Notes under the pieces: generated by a model
Databases searched by the model: none
Told to the model about the DNA's origin: nothing
The model's input: only the letters and a program-made list of their open reading frames with translations
In this document: one piece after another, positions 1 to 11,895 of the stretch
Numbering within the stretch: position 1 is the first letter of the stretch
How the letters are laid out: every line of letters begins with the position of its first letter
Source of the DNA: Callorhinchus milii
Lineage: Eukaryota
Assembly (NCBI RefSeq): GCF_018977255.1
Contig: NW_024704742.1
Coordinates: 121,832,001-121,896,000 of the forward strand
Reading direction: 5' to 3'
DNA: 64,000 nucleotides
Position numbers and translations under genes: made by a program

Positions 1-156
1 GATCCAGATGATGTGGTAATGGTCATAGGAGAGGGGGAAGGTGAGCTGTTATGGTCTGAAATTGTTGAACTCAATATTGAAGCCAGAGGGCTGAAATGTC
101 CCAAGCAGATAAATGAGGTGCTGATCTACAAGCTTGCGCTGTGGCTCATTGGAACT
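1..156 (-). mobile_element. Penelope-like element, GIY-YIG endonuclease C-terminus remnant
   Basis: Minus-strand translation NEPQRKLVDQHLIYLLGTFQPSGFNIEFNNFRP* (stop at 49-51) resembles the PLE ORF end RKLEEQHLIFRLGTLQPxGxNIEF. Confidence 0.75.
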
Positions 157-490
157 TGTTCTCCATCCACGGTCTCCTATGCTGTTCCACAATGGTGGAG
201 CTCAAGGCCGAGCTAGGGGGAGGGAGTAGGCTTAGACCGTATGCGCGGTTGAAAAGGAAGGGCTTCAGGTGCGACCTAAAAATGGGAAAGGAGGTGGGGA
301 GGCAAAGGAGTTGAGGGAGAGAGTTCCAAAGTTTTAGGATACAGTGGCTGAAGGCATGGCTGCCGATGGTGGAGCAGAGGATTTGGGCTATGCTGAGGAA
401 GCTGGACCCAGTAGAGCGGAGGTATCGGGTATTGCTATGGGGCGAGAGAAGCTTAGAGAGATAGGGAAGTGCCAAGGAATGGAGGGGACA
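157..490 (-). mobile_element. L2 LINE 3' fragment
   Basis: ORF 146-493 has LRS...IGSHAFS...LWNSLP...FRSHLKPFLF, typical of the L2 ORF2 C-terminus. Confidence 0.8.
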
Positions 491-1070
491 CACCTTTTTT
501 CTCTCTGGTCAGCCTATTTTGTTGCAAATTTCCCCCCCACCCATTTTGTTTTGCACTATTAACACTACTATTCCCCTGTTGCGTTGCAATCCCCCTTTGT
601 TTTGCATCATTAACACCTTTTTAACCCATCATCCCCTGTCCTCTACCCCATTTTCTCCCTTGTCTTCCTTGTCCTGCCTCCCCCTTCTCTGTTAGCCCTT
701 AAAAGCCTTTCCCTGCCAACATACACCAGTTCTGACGAAGGGTCGTGGACCCAAAATATTGACTCACTTTCCTTTCTCCATAGATGCTGCCTGACCTGCT
801 GAGTCTTTCCAGTGATTTCTGTTTTTCAGGCCGGTCTCACGGTCTCTTTGACCGTGCCTTCAACTCCCCTCTTGACTCTCTACCCCCTCCTTGCTCCCTC
901 CCTTCCCTCTCCTCACCCTGACCATTTCCCCCCTGCTCGAGTCCTGACCCAACTGTCCAGCGCCTTGGGACATCCTCTTGACGTGAAAGGCGCTCTATAA
1001 ATGGAATCTTGTTGTCGTTGTTGTTGTTTTTGTTTCAGATTTCCAGCATCTGCAATATTTTGCATTTTGT
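490..1070 (+). mobile_element. Penelope-like terminal repeat, interrupted by an L2 fragment at ~826-1030
   Basis: CTGACGAAGGGTC..GACCC hammerhead-like core; GATGCTGCCTGACCTGCTGAG; resumes TTTCAGATTTCCAGCATCTGCA after the L2. Confidence 0.7.
826..1030 (+). mobile_element. L2 LINE 3' end (same subfamily as 13450-14038)
   Basis: GGCCGGTCTC...GACGTGAAAGGCGCTCTATAAATGGAATC(TTG)n tail. Confidence 0.85.
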
Positions 1071-1670
1071 TTACGAATATAACCGATCCCCTTCTCCTCC
1101 TCATTCATCACTGGGTATCTTGGAGTTATCCTGTCCTACAGATATTCAGTCAAAGCTTGGATGAGTTGCTGCTATTGTAGTTGCCGAGATCACAGTAGAT
1201 GTACTGATTTGACCTGCTCCTTGAAAGTAAAATCTGTTGTCTACTCGATAGATTGATGTGCGTCCCACGCTCTGTCAGCCAGCAATGAGATCTCACCTGA
1301 ATTTACACTTTAATTTTTCCCAGCACTTGTAAAATTACACTCAGTTTCTGACTGCTGACCTTTCAACATCCGAGATATTACAAGTCTATAAATTTTATAC
1401 TGGGGGAATACAGACAGACCTCCTACTGCTTCCAATGGGAAAACCGCCCCCATTTCAATTGCTTCTCAAACTTAATTGAGGGAAACTTTTGAAATAGCAG
1501 CACACAACCGTAGAAATCTACCGCTCAGAAAAAGGTCACTTGGCCCATCCTGTCTGGGTCAGCTCTTTTAAGAGAAATATGTTATGTATTAGTTATTACC
1601 GGTAATAATTATCATATCACACACTGCATATTTTCCTCTAATATTGCTTATTCATAGAGTCAAGCAACAA

Positions 1671-1976
1671 CAATAATAATAATCCTTGCATTTGATATAG
1701 TGCTTTTCACATCTTCTAGACGTCTCAAAGCGCTTCACAGAATATACTGTAAAGTGAAATTGACTGTATATTTGGGGCGAAACGCGGCAGCCAATTGTGT
1801 ACAGCAGTATCCCACAAAGAGTCATGGATTGAAGCGACCAATTTATTTTTTTTTCTTGAGGGATTATTTAGGCGTGTGGAGTAAGGAAATATGCCCAAGG
1901 TTTCGCCTTGTCGGGAATCAAAGCCAGGTCTCTCATTTGCGAGGCGAGCGCTCTAACCACTGAGCTACAGGACTCC
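1671..1976 (-). mobile_element. tRNA-derived Deu-type SINE, full length, short form
   Basis: GGAGTCCTGTAGCTCAGTGG head, GCACACAATTGGCTGCCGCG Deu-like segment, L2-like tail, (ATT)n. Confidence 0.9.
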
Positions 1977-2029
1977 ACGTACTCCACATTCATAGTACTC
2001 CAATCTCAGTACTATGAACGTAATGCTTT

Positions 2030-2402
2030 CACCTTTAAATCCCCTCGATGGTCTCACCCTGCCTCTGCAACCTACTGACCCAGCTGCTCCCTTCACTCAG
2101 TGGGCAGCAGCCTGCTTCATGTTCCTCTTTCTACCCTCCCTGCTATTGGTGGTCAGGCTTTCAGCTATCAGACCCCACTCTCTGGAACCTCATCTCAGAG
2201 TCCCTCCAACTTTCTCCCTCCCTCACCTTTTTCAAGGTCCTTCTCAAGACTTCACCTTCTTTGACTGCTCTTTCAGTTATCTTTCTGCTCTTCACCCCTC
2301 TTGGCTCCTACCCCCAGCTTGGGTGCCCAGCCTGGTGCTAAGCACCAAGGGACACCCTCCCAACTTGAAGTGCGCTATAAAAATTGAAAATTGATGTTGT
2401 TG
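2030..2402 (+). mobile_element. Old L2 3' fragment
   Basis: ATTGGTGGTCAGGCTTTCAGC...CTCTGGAAC motif; GCGCTATAAAAATT...(TGT)n tail. Confidence 0.7.
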
Positions 2403-3289
2403 TGTTTGTATGTATCCTAGGGCCGTGAGCATTTAGAAAAATCTACTGTTTTTATTAATTGTATGAAGTATGAAATTGCTCGTGGTTCCTTTGCTTGAAT
2501 ACTTTATGAAGATTACAAACTTTTGTAAGAATATATTCAGTGTTCTGTGCATCTACACAAGCCATGTGAAATTTGAGATTCTCTGACTTTGTACTAGTCT
2601 TCAATTATTAAAACTGATCAAATACTTATAAATTACTTACAAAAACTTGCAGAAAAGCGGCTTCAAAATTGATGGCCGTATTTAAAAATTTGACAATTTA
2701 TAGATTCTTTGAAATGCTATGTTAGTAGAATAAATCTAAACCTATGTGGAATTTCTACCCAAGTATTGCTTAAGATTTGGGTCTGTATCAGAAGGCATGG
2801 GTAACGGGGGTCTAATTCAGGATTAGTAACACTGCATGGACAACAGCTTTTTATAGGCCATTTGAATGTTATTTGACAGTATATTGCTGACTAAGGAGTT
2901 AAGTAAATGAATAATTTATGCAAGTTTGTTTCCCTGTTATCAGTATGCACAGAGCCAGTGTATGACAGAACTAGAATTGTACACTAGGACTGAGAACATT
3001 TATTAAAACATGCTATTTTTAAAGTATTAACTGAATCAGTTTGGGGAATTGAGTGGAGTGAAAATTTATATAATATATTAAACAGATGACAGACTTTCCG
3101 TAAGAAAACCTCCAGTGGTGCGTGTATATATGTACGCAAGTGATGTGAAAAAAAACAAGGCTTCGCCCTGTTGATTTGAGTATGGCTTTGCAGTATTTGA
3201 TCTGATAATTATCACTGTTAATAATTCTCACATCACATATCACACACCTCCCCCTGCCCACCTCGCCAGTTAAGTACAAGAAGCGATTG

Positions 3290-3765
3290 ATAGATCAGTT
3301 TCCCTATTGGTCTCAGCATGCCGCATGGCTGCATGGAATGCAATTTATAATTCCAGGAATATGATAACCTCTTTCAGAAAAGGATTTTTGCTATTGGAGA
3401 GGACACAGCAAAGGGCAACAGGCTTGAGTTAGTTACCATATGAGATTGTGGCAGTGAGGAAAGCTCATGTTAAAGAAGAGAAACAGAGATACAGAGATAT
3501 ACTGAAGTGTTCAAAATCCTCAAGGGTAGAGACAACATGATCTTGAATAATATATTTATTAAGAAATCTAGAATAAAGAGAGACAGATTTAAGATCAAAA
3601 GCTGGAAGGTAAAAAAAGTAATCCAGATTGAATTTTTTTTACAGAAAGAGTGGTGAATATGTGGGATAGACTACCCAGGGAGTTAGTGCAGGCAGATTTG
3701 TATCAGCAAATACAAAGGGGAATCAGAGAGCTTTTGGTGGAGAACTGAATTGAGGAGTATGAGAG
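3290..3765 (+). mobile_element. Degenerate CR1 LINE 3' fragment
   Basis: Collinear with the 3' part of CR1 37826-39287 (GAAGTGTTCAAAATC, TTTTTTACAGAAAGAGTGGTGAATATGTGG). Confidence 0.65.
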
Positions 3766-3829
3766 ATAAAGTAGTACAGGATTGTTTTATTATCTGTTCA
3801 GCCCACATTCTCTCCCGCCTGAGCCTCTG

Positions 3830-4225
3830 TGAGCCCATCACCCATATCTCTTTTACTGCCTCCCTATTCCTCCATGGGAATAGGCTTTAAAATCTTAGGT
3901 CTCACCTTGAAGTGCCTCAATTGCCTCACCCTATCCCGTCCATCCATCCCGCTGAATTCCTGTGCTCCCCCAACTCAGATCTGCTTTAAGGGCTACATCC
4001 AATATTGGTAGGCAAGCTTTCAGCCTCTTCAACCCACTCACTAGAACATCTCTTCACTGCTTTCAAAAGCCATCTTAAAACCTACCACTATGACTGTGCT
4101 TTCAGCCACCTCCTGCCTACCTCCTCTATTTACCACTCTACTCGGACTTCCACTCTGTCTCTGTAAGATGCTTTGAGTTCTCCTACATAAAAGATGCTAA
4201 AATAAGTGCATGTTGTTTCTGTTAC
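3830..4225 (+). mobile_element. Old L2 3' fragment
   Basis: FKILGLTLKCLN-like translation; L2-like tail. Confidence 0.65.
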
Positions 4226-7139
4226 TTTTGTTGTTATTTTACTTTGGGATTGCCCAGAATATTCTCTTCTAGTGCTGTACATTCCTATGTTTCTTCCATG
4301 CCCTCTCAAAGCTTCTGTTCTCATTATGTACACTTCTCATAATTAAAGTTAAAATGATAAAAGTGAATTGCAGATTTAATTTCAGTGGGAAGTAAATTGA
4401 TGCGTAGATTGTGAAATGGTGAAAACTTCTCATCTCCCCTCACACAGTGCCATCTGTTGTCAATTAGAATGTTGTCCATCAAACATTTTTTCACATTATG
4501 TGGAGTTGATGTCCCCTCCTGTGGTATGATCTGGCATCAAACATAAATCAATTAAAATGCCTTGGTGTGTGAAGATCAAAGGCTTGAAATTCCATGCAAT
4601 TCTCTATCAACACAATAATTTCAAAATAACAGAATTTTATGGACAACTTTACTTTATAAAAACACAAACCAAATTCCGTTGACTGCTTTTTGTGGCACAA
4701 ACATTTCCACGTTATTGGTGTAAAATTCATTCCCAGATTCATCCCACTCAGCTTCCATTAACCCTACAAGCAAAAACCCTAACAGATAGAATGGTCTTAG
4801 CTGGACAAGCAGTGGGAAAACTTGTCAGACAGCGATATCAATGGCAAGCTTTGCATTTTTTGCAGATTCGACTCTAGCAATACCCCAACGCACACTCTGG
4901 GGTCCCCAAGTCTTGGCTCTTGCCAACAAGCGTCTAATACCTTTCTGAATTAAGTAAGCAAGAGGCGTACCTCCAGGGAGAGAGTGCTCATTCCATTCCA
5001 GTAAAAATCTCTGGCATTTCTGTGTATAGTTGGGATGCATGGAACTCTCTGTTTCGTTTGGATACTCTTAACCATGGTGATGGGTTTTCACATGTGTCAG
5101 ACACTCGACTGATGAAAAAAATATTAAATCACTGTGTATAAATAAGGAGTAGTTTTTTAAGGCATCCCATGAGAGTTACTCATTCCATTCACTAGAAGGT
5201 GAACAATCCAATGTAATTACACAGTTTGGAAGGCCTGAAAATAGTTTCCTGTGAATGGAGCTGGAGAGGAGCCAGAGCCTTTAAAAACTTCTCTTCAAAA
5301 TCCTGCCAAAATACTCTCTTGGTCAAGCTCCTCATGATGTTCTTCACTCATGAATATGCATGGATTACATTCTTACTTCCTGAGCAGTGGTTTAAACATA
5401 AAAATAACCTAACTGCTACCAAATTCAATTTGCTAGTGTTCAAATTAAAATGTGATTTAGTGCAACTATATATTGTCTTTCAGGAACAAGTTTCATTACT
5501 TATCAATAATCACTCCAAAGAAATTTGCAGTGAAATCTTTATAATATAACCTCCAGCAAACTCATCCGCAACAATTCAGCTCTCTGAGATCCTCCTGTAT
5601 AAATAATGGCAGGGGAGCGGTCTCACAAGTTTCATGCTGAGTTTTTCAGCTCCTTGGGATGTCCTCCTGATGTAAAAGACGCTATACAAATGTAATCTTG
5701 TTGTTGTTGTTGTTGTTGTGCTGCTCACAAGGAGATCCTGATACCTGCCATTCACCTCAAACCTCTGCTTGTTGGATGCCGAATGATCAACTTGTGATCA
5801 ACTATCCTTTTAGAAGGAAGGGTGTGGTGAGTGGTACTAACTGGACAAGCAGAGTAAACCCTGCCAGACAGTGCATGAATGACAAGTTGAGTATTTTTTA
5901 ATGGTTAAACTCTACTGTACCCCAACCTGTGCCAAATACTTTCCTGAATTAGGTAAAAATTGTGCAACCCTCTATGGAGAGGGTGCACACTCCATTCCAG
6001 ACACATATACATTTCCATGTATAGGTTACAAACATATGTGGAACTATCAGGGTGCTTTGGATACTCTTAAGCATAGTGATAAGTTTCTGCATGTGTCAGG
6101 CACCTGATAGATCAAAATACCCAAAATAATCCTAGCCCCTTTGATTGTTTGACTCAACTCAACTTTCAAAAACACAAATAGAGTTTTGGGCAGTGCTGGT
6201 AAGGTTTGGCTGCTAAAATCACCCAGTGGAGACGGTTCTTTTCAAGGCATAAATTCACTTGACTGCAGTGTAAATGGAATCAGTGTGAATCGAGGCTCAA
6301 AATATAGTTACAGCAGCACAAACTGGAATAAATTAATTGTTTAGCCATAACAATGGATGAATGTCGAGATTACATTACTCTTGGAGCTTGTGGTTGCCAC
6401 ATTATTTGTTTATGTAGTTTTGCTCATTATTATGTTACCTTACAACATTAATTTAGTCTTCATTACATTGGGACAACACTACATTGGACATCAATAGAGA
6501 AGCATATCAAGGTATATTTTATGGCTGTTTATAGGACATTGCTTTTGCACAAATTGGCTTCCACTTTGCCAACAAATAAAGTCACTCCTTTTTATAATGA
6601 ATCCTGTGAGGTGCTTTGAGACATCTTCCCGATGTGAAAGGCACTATATCAAATGCAGAGATTCTTGTTATTATAGTTGGATTACAGGAAATATGCTTTT
6701 TTCTGTTATGCCACGTAAAGTCCTTCTAACTTTGCACAAATATTGTTGTTTCTCAACTTAAAATTTCTTCTGGAGAATTAAGTGTAAAATCCACAAGGCA
6801 AATTCAGCATTGAATACCACTGTACGATTTCCGTGACTTAATTTTAGAATTAGTATAAGTGTTCAGTACAAATGTTTGCATGACTTCATATAAAGGAAAC
6901 TTAATTAGAACATGTTGTCAAGATTGCCACAGACAATGACAGCAGAACAAGTATGACTCTTCCTGCTTCAGTTCTTACAGACATCCATAATTTTGGTACA
7001 GCTGCTACAACAAACCCAAAGTTGCAGATTTATGGCAGTAAATAGGATGAGAACAATAATTCTGCTCATCATGGTTAATATTGTGCAAGAATTGTAACAC
7101 TGGAATGGGATCGTGCTATTTCCAGCTCCTAAGTATTTG

Positions 7140-7140
<1 letters not shown>

Positions 7141-7170
<30 letters not shown>

Positions 7171-7482
7171 CCTTGCATTTGATACAGTGCCTTATCAGGT
7201 CTTTGAGATGTCTCAAAGCGCTTCAGAGGATATACTATAATATGAATTGACTGTATATTTTGTGGGCGAAATGCAGCAGCCAATTGTGCACAGCAGTGTC
7301 CCACAAACAGTCATGGATTGAGTGACCAATTTATTATACATATATAGTATATATATTTTTGAAGGAATTATAACCCCTGGAAAAGCGATCCGCCAATCGA
7401 CGAACAACTGGGTTCCTACTTACTACTAGGTAAACAGAGAAGTGTGGAGCAAGGAAACTTGCCCAACGTTTTGCCCTGCCAA
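7141..7482 (-). mobile_element. Deu-type SINE, long subfamily, 5' truncated
   Basis: Carries the extra CTGTTTACCTAG..GGAACCCAGTTG..GATCGCTTTTCC segment; (ATT)n tail. Confidence 0.85.
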
Positions 7483-8215
7483 TAGCCAAGGTTTATTGAA
7501 TATGTTATTGAGTGACATAAAATACATTGTGAGTGAAAATGTATATTCTTGGTTAGCCCAAATCACTGGAATGTTTTGCTGGTATGCAAAAAATGCTAAT
7601 CTTCATTGATATCTTAAAAACAAACATTTGTTTTCATTTTTGGTTATTGTTTAATAATATTGTTTTTTTTCAATTATTATTTCCATATTTTCCTTCCTCG
7701 ATGCTTTCCTATGTTATTAGTTGTTTCTGCACAAGGGTTTCTGACCTCCCAAGCCTCCACCGAGACTATTTTGCAGCCAGTTCCTGAACTGAGTGTGGAA
7801 GCATTACAGAGCTTCTAACTTCATATTTTAACATGACCACATCGCAGAAACAGGCAGTCTCTTGATCTTTATTAATACATCATCTTGTACCTGTAAATTA
7901 AACACCCAATCAGATTTTAACTAATATTCTGCCTTCTTCTAATCATGTATTGCTCTAATACACCACACTATGACTTCAAATAATTTTTGGGGGTCCACTG
8001 AGTGTTTGACACGTGCAGAAACCCATCACAGTAACAGTTGAACATAACACATTTTCTGCACAGAAGGGGGCCATTCCATCAATTGCGTTTATGCCCTTTC
8101 CCTCGCCTCCATCAAGGTCCTCTTCCACTTTGTCCCCACCTTTGGCCATCTTACCTACGCCCATCCCCGCCATTGACTGGTTTATTATTATGTTTCATAT
8201 AAGATACAGTTATTA

Positions 8216-9071
8216 TTAATAATAATCCATACATTTGATATAGTGCCTTATCACGTCATTGAGACATCTCAAAGCGCTTCACAGAATATACAGTGAAGTG
8301 AATTTGATTGTATATTTTGTGGGTGAAACACGGCAGCGACAACAACAACAAAATTACATTTATAGAGCGCCTTTCACGTCGGGAGGACGTCCCAAAGCGC
8401 TGAACAGTCAGGTGTCGGGGCCCGAGCATGGAGGAGGGGTGGTGTAGGGGTGAGGGAAGGCAGAGAGGTGGAAGGGAGACCAAAGGCATGGTCGAAGAGA
8501 AGGCTCTTGAGACCGGCCTTGAAGGAGGCAAGGGAAGAAGCGAGGTGAAGGGACCGTGGGATGGAGTTCCAGAGTATGGGGGCAGAGAGGCTGAAAGCCC
8601 GGCCACCGATGGTAGGGCGGGTTGGGTGGGAGACATGGGGCAGGCTGGAGCCCAATGAACGGAGGGAGCGGGCAGATTGGTAGGGAGTCAGCAGGTCAGA
8701 GAGGTAGGAGGGGGCAAGGCCATGGATGACCTTAAAGATGAGGACGAGGATCTTGAACTCGATCCTCTGGGGGATGGGGAGCCAGTGGAGTTGGGCGAGG
8801 GTGGGAGTGATGGGGTCATGGAGCCTGGTGCGTGAGAGTACATGAGCTGCAGAATTTTGGATGATCTGCAGCTTGTGAAGGGAAGAGTTGGGAAGGCCGA
8901 TGAGGATGGAGTTCCTGTAATCAAGCCTTGAGGTGACGAATGCGTGGGTGAGGGTTTTGACAGCCTAAGGGGTGAGGCAGATTGCATACAGCAATGTCCC
9001 ACAAACAGTCGTGGATTGAGCGACCAATTTATTATTTTTTTTAAGGAATTATTACTCCCAGAAAAGCGATC
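8216..9071 (-). mobile_element. Deu-type SINE split by an L2 insertion
   Basis: SINE sequence stops at CACGGCAGC (~8337) and resumes ATTGCATACAGCAATGTCCCACAAAC at 8981. Confidence 0.85.
8339..8980 (-). mobile_element. Young L2 LINE 3' fragment
   Basis: RPTIGGRAFSLSAPILWNSIPRSL...FKAGLKSLLF; (TTG)n tail; highly similar to 46639-47685. Confidence 0.9.
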
Positions 9072-10109
9072 AAAAAAAGAGGATCCACAGTCCTCTTTCG
9101 TGGTCAACATATTGAAGTGAAAGCGTTGAATAGAGACCTGTTTCATCTTTTTCTGAGAATACGTCAGTCCCAGTCATCCTTGCATACCTCCTGGTGACAG
9201 ATCTATATTGAAGAACTGGCAAGTAAGGAAATATTGGCAAACTTTAATGAGAAAATGAAAAAATGAAATCTAAAATGTTACAATTTAAAATTTTAAGAAT
9301 TGGCCATGTGAATTTCTCAAATTGTAATTTATTCAATGTTTTTTATTTTGCCATTGCTGCTCTATTAATAATTAAGAAAATTCTACAGTGTTATTTCTGC
9401 ACCATAGTACCTGACCAGTCAAGGGTGCTACATTGCAACAACTCATTGTCACACTCAGATATCTAATGTGTCATTTATGCACTAATAGAGAAATAGCACA
9501 ATGCAACCAATTACCTTGCTGCTAAATTAGGAAATTAAATGGATGATTACTCTAAATAACAGATGAAAAACAAGACCATTCTGGTTGAAAAGGTACGATA
9601 ACAACTGGTGTACAAGCGGCACCTCTATAAAACATTCCACCTATAACTTTTAATGTAAGCAGTTGAACTGGAAATCAATGTTTGAATTGGTTTAGCTCTA
9701 GGTTCAGCGTTATTACATTTCTGAGAAGATACGACTTATTCATTCAATTTTATGAAATCATTTGTAATGTTAAGTAATCATTTGCATGTTTCTTGCAGGC
9801 AGTATGGATGGGCTGCAATAAAAATATTAATGTTATGAATGCAAAAGTACTGTTAGATAAGAAATGGTGAATAACACAAGAATAAGCAGTAGCTCGCTGC
9901 AGGCAGATCACAAGATCGCAAGATTGGTTTGGATGAGAAGGCCCTTTGATCGATTTGATCTCATCCTTCCAGAACACCCACCCAAACACCCTCTCATCAC
10001 AGCATTAAGTTAACTGAAGGGCACGTGAAGAAAAAGGATTTAGCATTGTTTCTGTTTCACTGAAATCTGCTTCGTTTTTGGCCAGTCGCTTTTCATTTTA
10101 CAGACTGGA

Positions 10110-10382
10110 GGATTCGTTCCTCCAGCCGTGCATTCGCCTCAACAGCCACTCTGCCCCAAAGCTTTAGAATTCTCCCCACCAATCCCTCTGCCTTTCCCCC
10201 TCCTTCCCCTCTTTTAAATCATGATTGAAGACCAGCCTCTTCAAAGTGTTGTCCTTCAGATGATCGTGCTGATGGTCACCTCCTACCTTCCCCCAGTTCT
10301 GCATCAAGCTCTGTCACTGTTAAGCGATCCGAGACACTGCCCCATGTGAAGGGCGCTACATCAATGCAAGTTGCTGTTGTTT
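10110..10382 (+). mobile_element. Old L2 3' fragment
   Basis: TGTGAAGGGCGCTACATCAATGCAAGTTGCTGTTG tail with pyrimidine-rich 3' UTR. Confidence 0.6.
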
Positions 10383-11094
10383 TAGGAAGGAGGTTGGAGT
10401 TTGTTTGTCAATGATAAAATCACAGGCAGTCATTAAAATAGGAACCACAGTGCAGTTTTTAATAGCTATCTTTTAAAATAACTTGTTGAGAGTCCGTGGT
10501 AAGGAAATGGAATGTGACAGCTGGATGGATGACGATTTAGAAAGCGACAAAGAGCAGAAGGTTCACGTCCCAGCATTAGAACCGCCATGTTATGAACATT
10601 TAAAGTCAATTGTTTTGGATTAAAAAAGTAGTGTTGTAATTACTGGGTAACTAATTGTTCATTCTTTCTCTGGGGGATTCACTTAGCACTGAAACAAGAT
10701 GAGGTGATTTTACCTTTGTATTCTATTATTTGAACAGTACTATTAATCATTGCTCTCAATAGAGCACACAGACAGAAATGATGATCATTCTAGATACAAT
10801 GAAAAATATATTTTGCTCTGTTAATAAAAGTTTGAGAATGAGGCCTTAGGTGTTTGTAATAACAAGTTCACATTTTTTATTTATAGTGCTTATTTGTTTA
10901 GCATTATTTCCCTTCCTTTTACATAACATGTGGCATAACAATGATCAGTTCTACCATAAGGTAATGCTTTTAGTTCACAGCCTTCTAAATTACTGCCTCT
11001 TGTCATTTTATTTATAACAATAATACTAATATAATGCTTGCATATGATATAGCATGTTATCATGCCAGCGAGATGTTTCAAAGTGCTTCACATC

Positions 11095-11492
11095 ACCCGC
11101 CTCTGAATCAGAAATTTGTGGGTTCAAACCCCACTTTAACTTCACAGTTTCGACTAACTGTCCAATACCGTGCTGGGAAGCACTGCATTGTTGGAGGTGT
11201 AGTCCTTCAGGTGAGATATTAAACCGATATCCATTTGCCTGTTCAGGTGACATTAAACATCAAATGGAGTGTTTAAAAACAGAAGTGAGTTTTTCTTTGG
11301 CCTGTCCAAGAATCCCGAGATAAAATTGGTCATTCACTTCATGCCTGTTTTTGGAACATTTGCTGAGCCAAATTGGCTCCTGCGTTTCTCCTACAACATA
11401 TACAGTCACTACAATTCAAAGTAAATCCTGTGAAACACTTTGATATGCCCTCTTGTTGTGAAACCAAATGCAAGGATTATTATCATTATTAT
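11095..11492 (+). mobile_element. Older tRNA-Deu SINE (SacSINE1/AmnSINE1-like, full Deu domain)
   Basis: GTGGGTTCAAACCCCAC B box; GCACTGCATTGTTGGAGG..CTTCAGGTGAGATATTAAACCG Deu-like body. Confidence 0.7.
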
Positions 11493-11777
11493 GCAAACAA
11501 ATCACATAGATGGCTGACATGATGAATGAAGAGTTACAGAGATGTAGTTTGGGAATGTGCTTTTCTGTTTTTGGGATGAAGGCACACACCTTTGTGGCGG
11601 TGCCCAGGGAAATTCAGTTTCACTTTGACCAAACACTAACATGTTTGATATTGATGATGAATACCAACAGTTGCTGAAGGCATCGATTCCCATCACTGAC
11701 ATCCCTCACATTGAGGGCTACAAACAAAAGCAATCGTGAACGTTCACACAAATCTAATTTAAAAAGACAAGGTAAGA

Positions 11778-11895
11778 GCTACCCTGGTGGCCTGCTGGGT
11801 AAAGGAGAAGCCCATTGCAACATTAAACCATACAGATTGAAATGCTGCAGATTTGATTCCCAGTCATGCTGAATTGGTTGATCTCAGTCAGACTA
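11778..11895 (+). mobile_element. Ancient tRNA-like SINE head (family also at 27335, 35785, 44070)
   Basis: GTGGCCTGCTGGGTAAA..CCATACAGA..TTTGATTCCCAGTCATGCTGAATTGGTTGATCTCAG. Confidence 0.5.
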
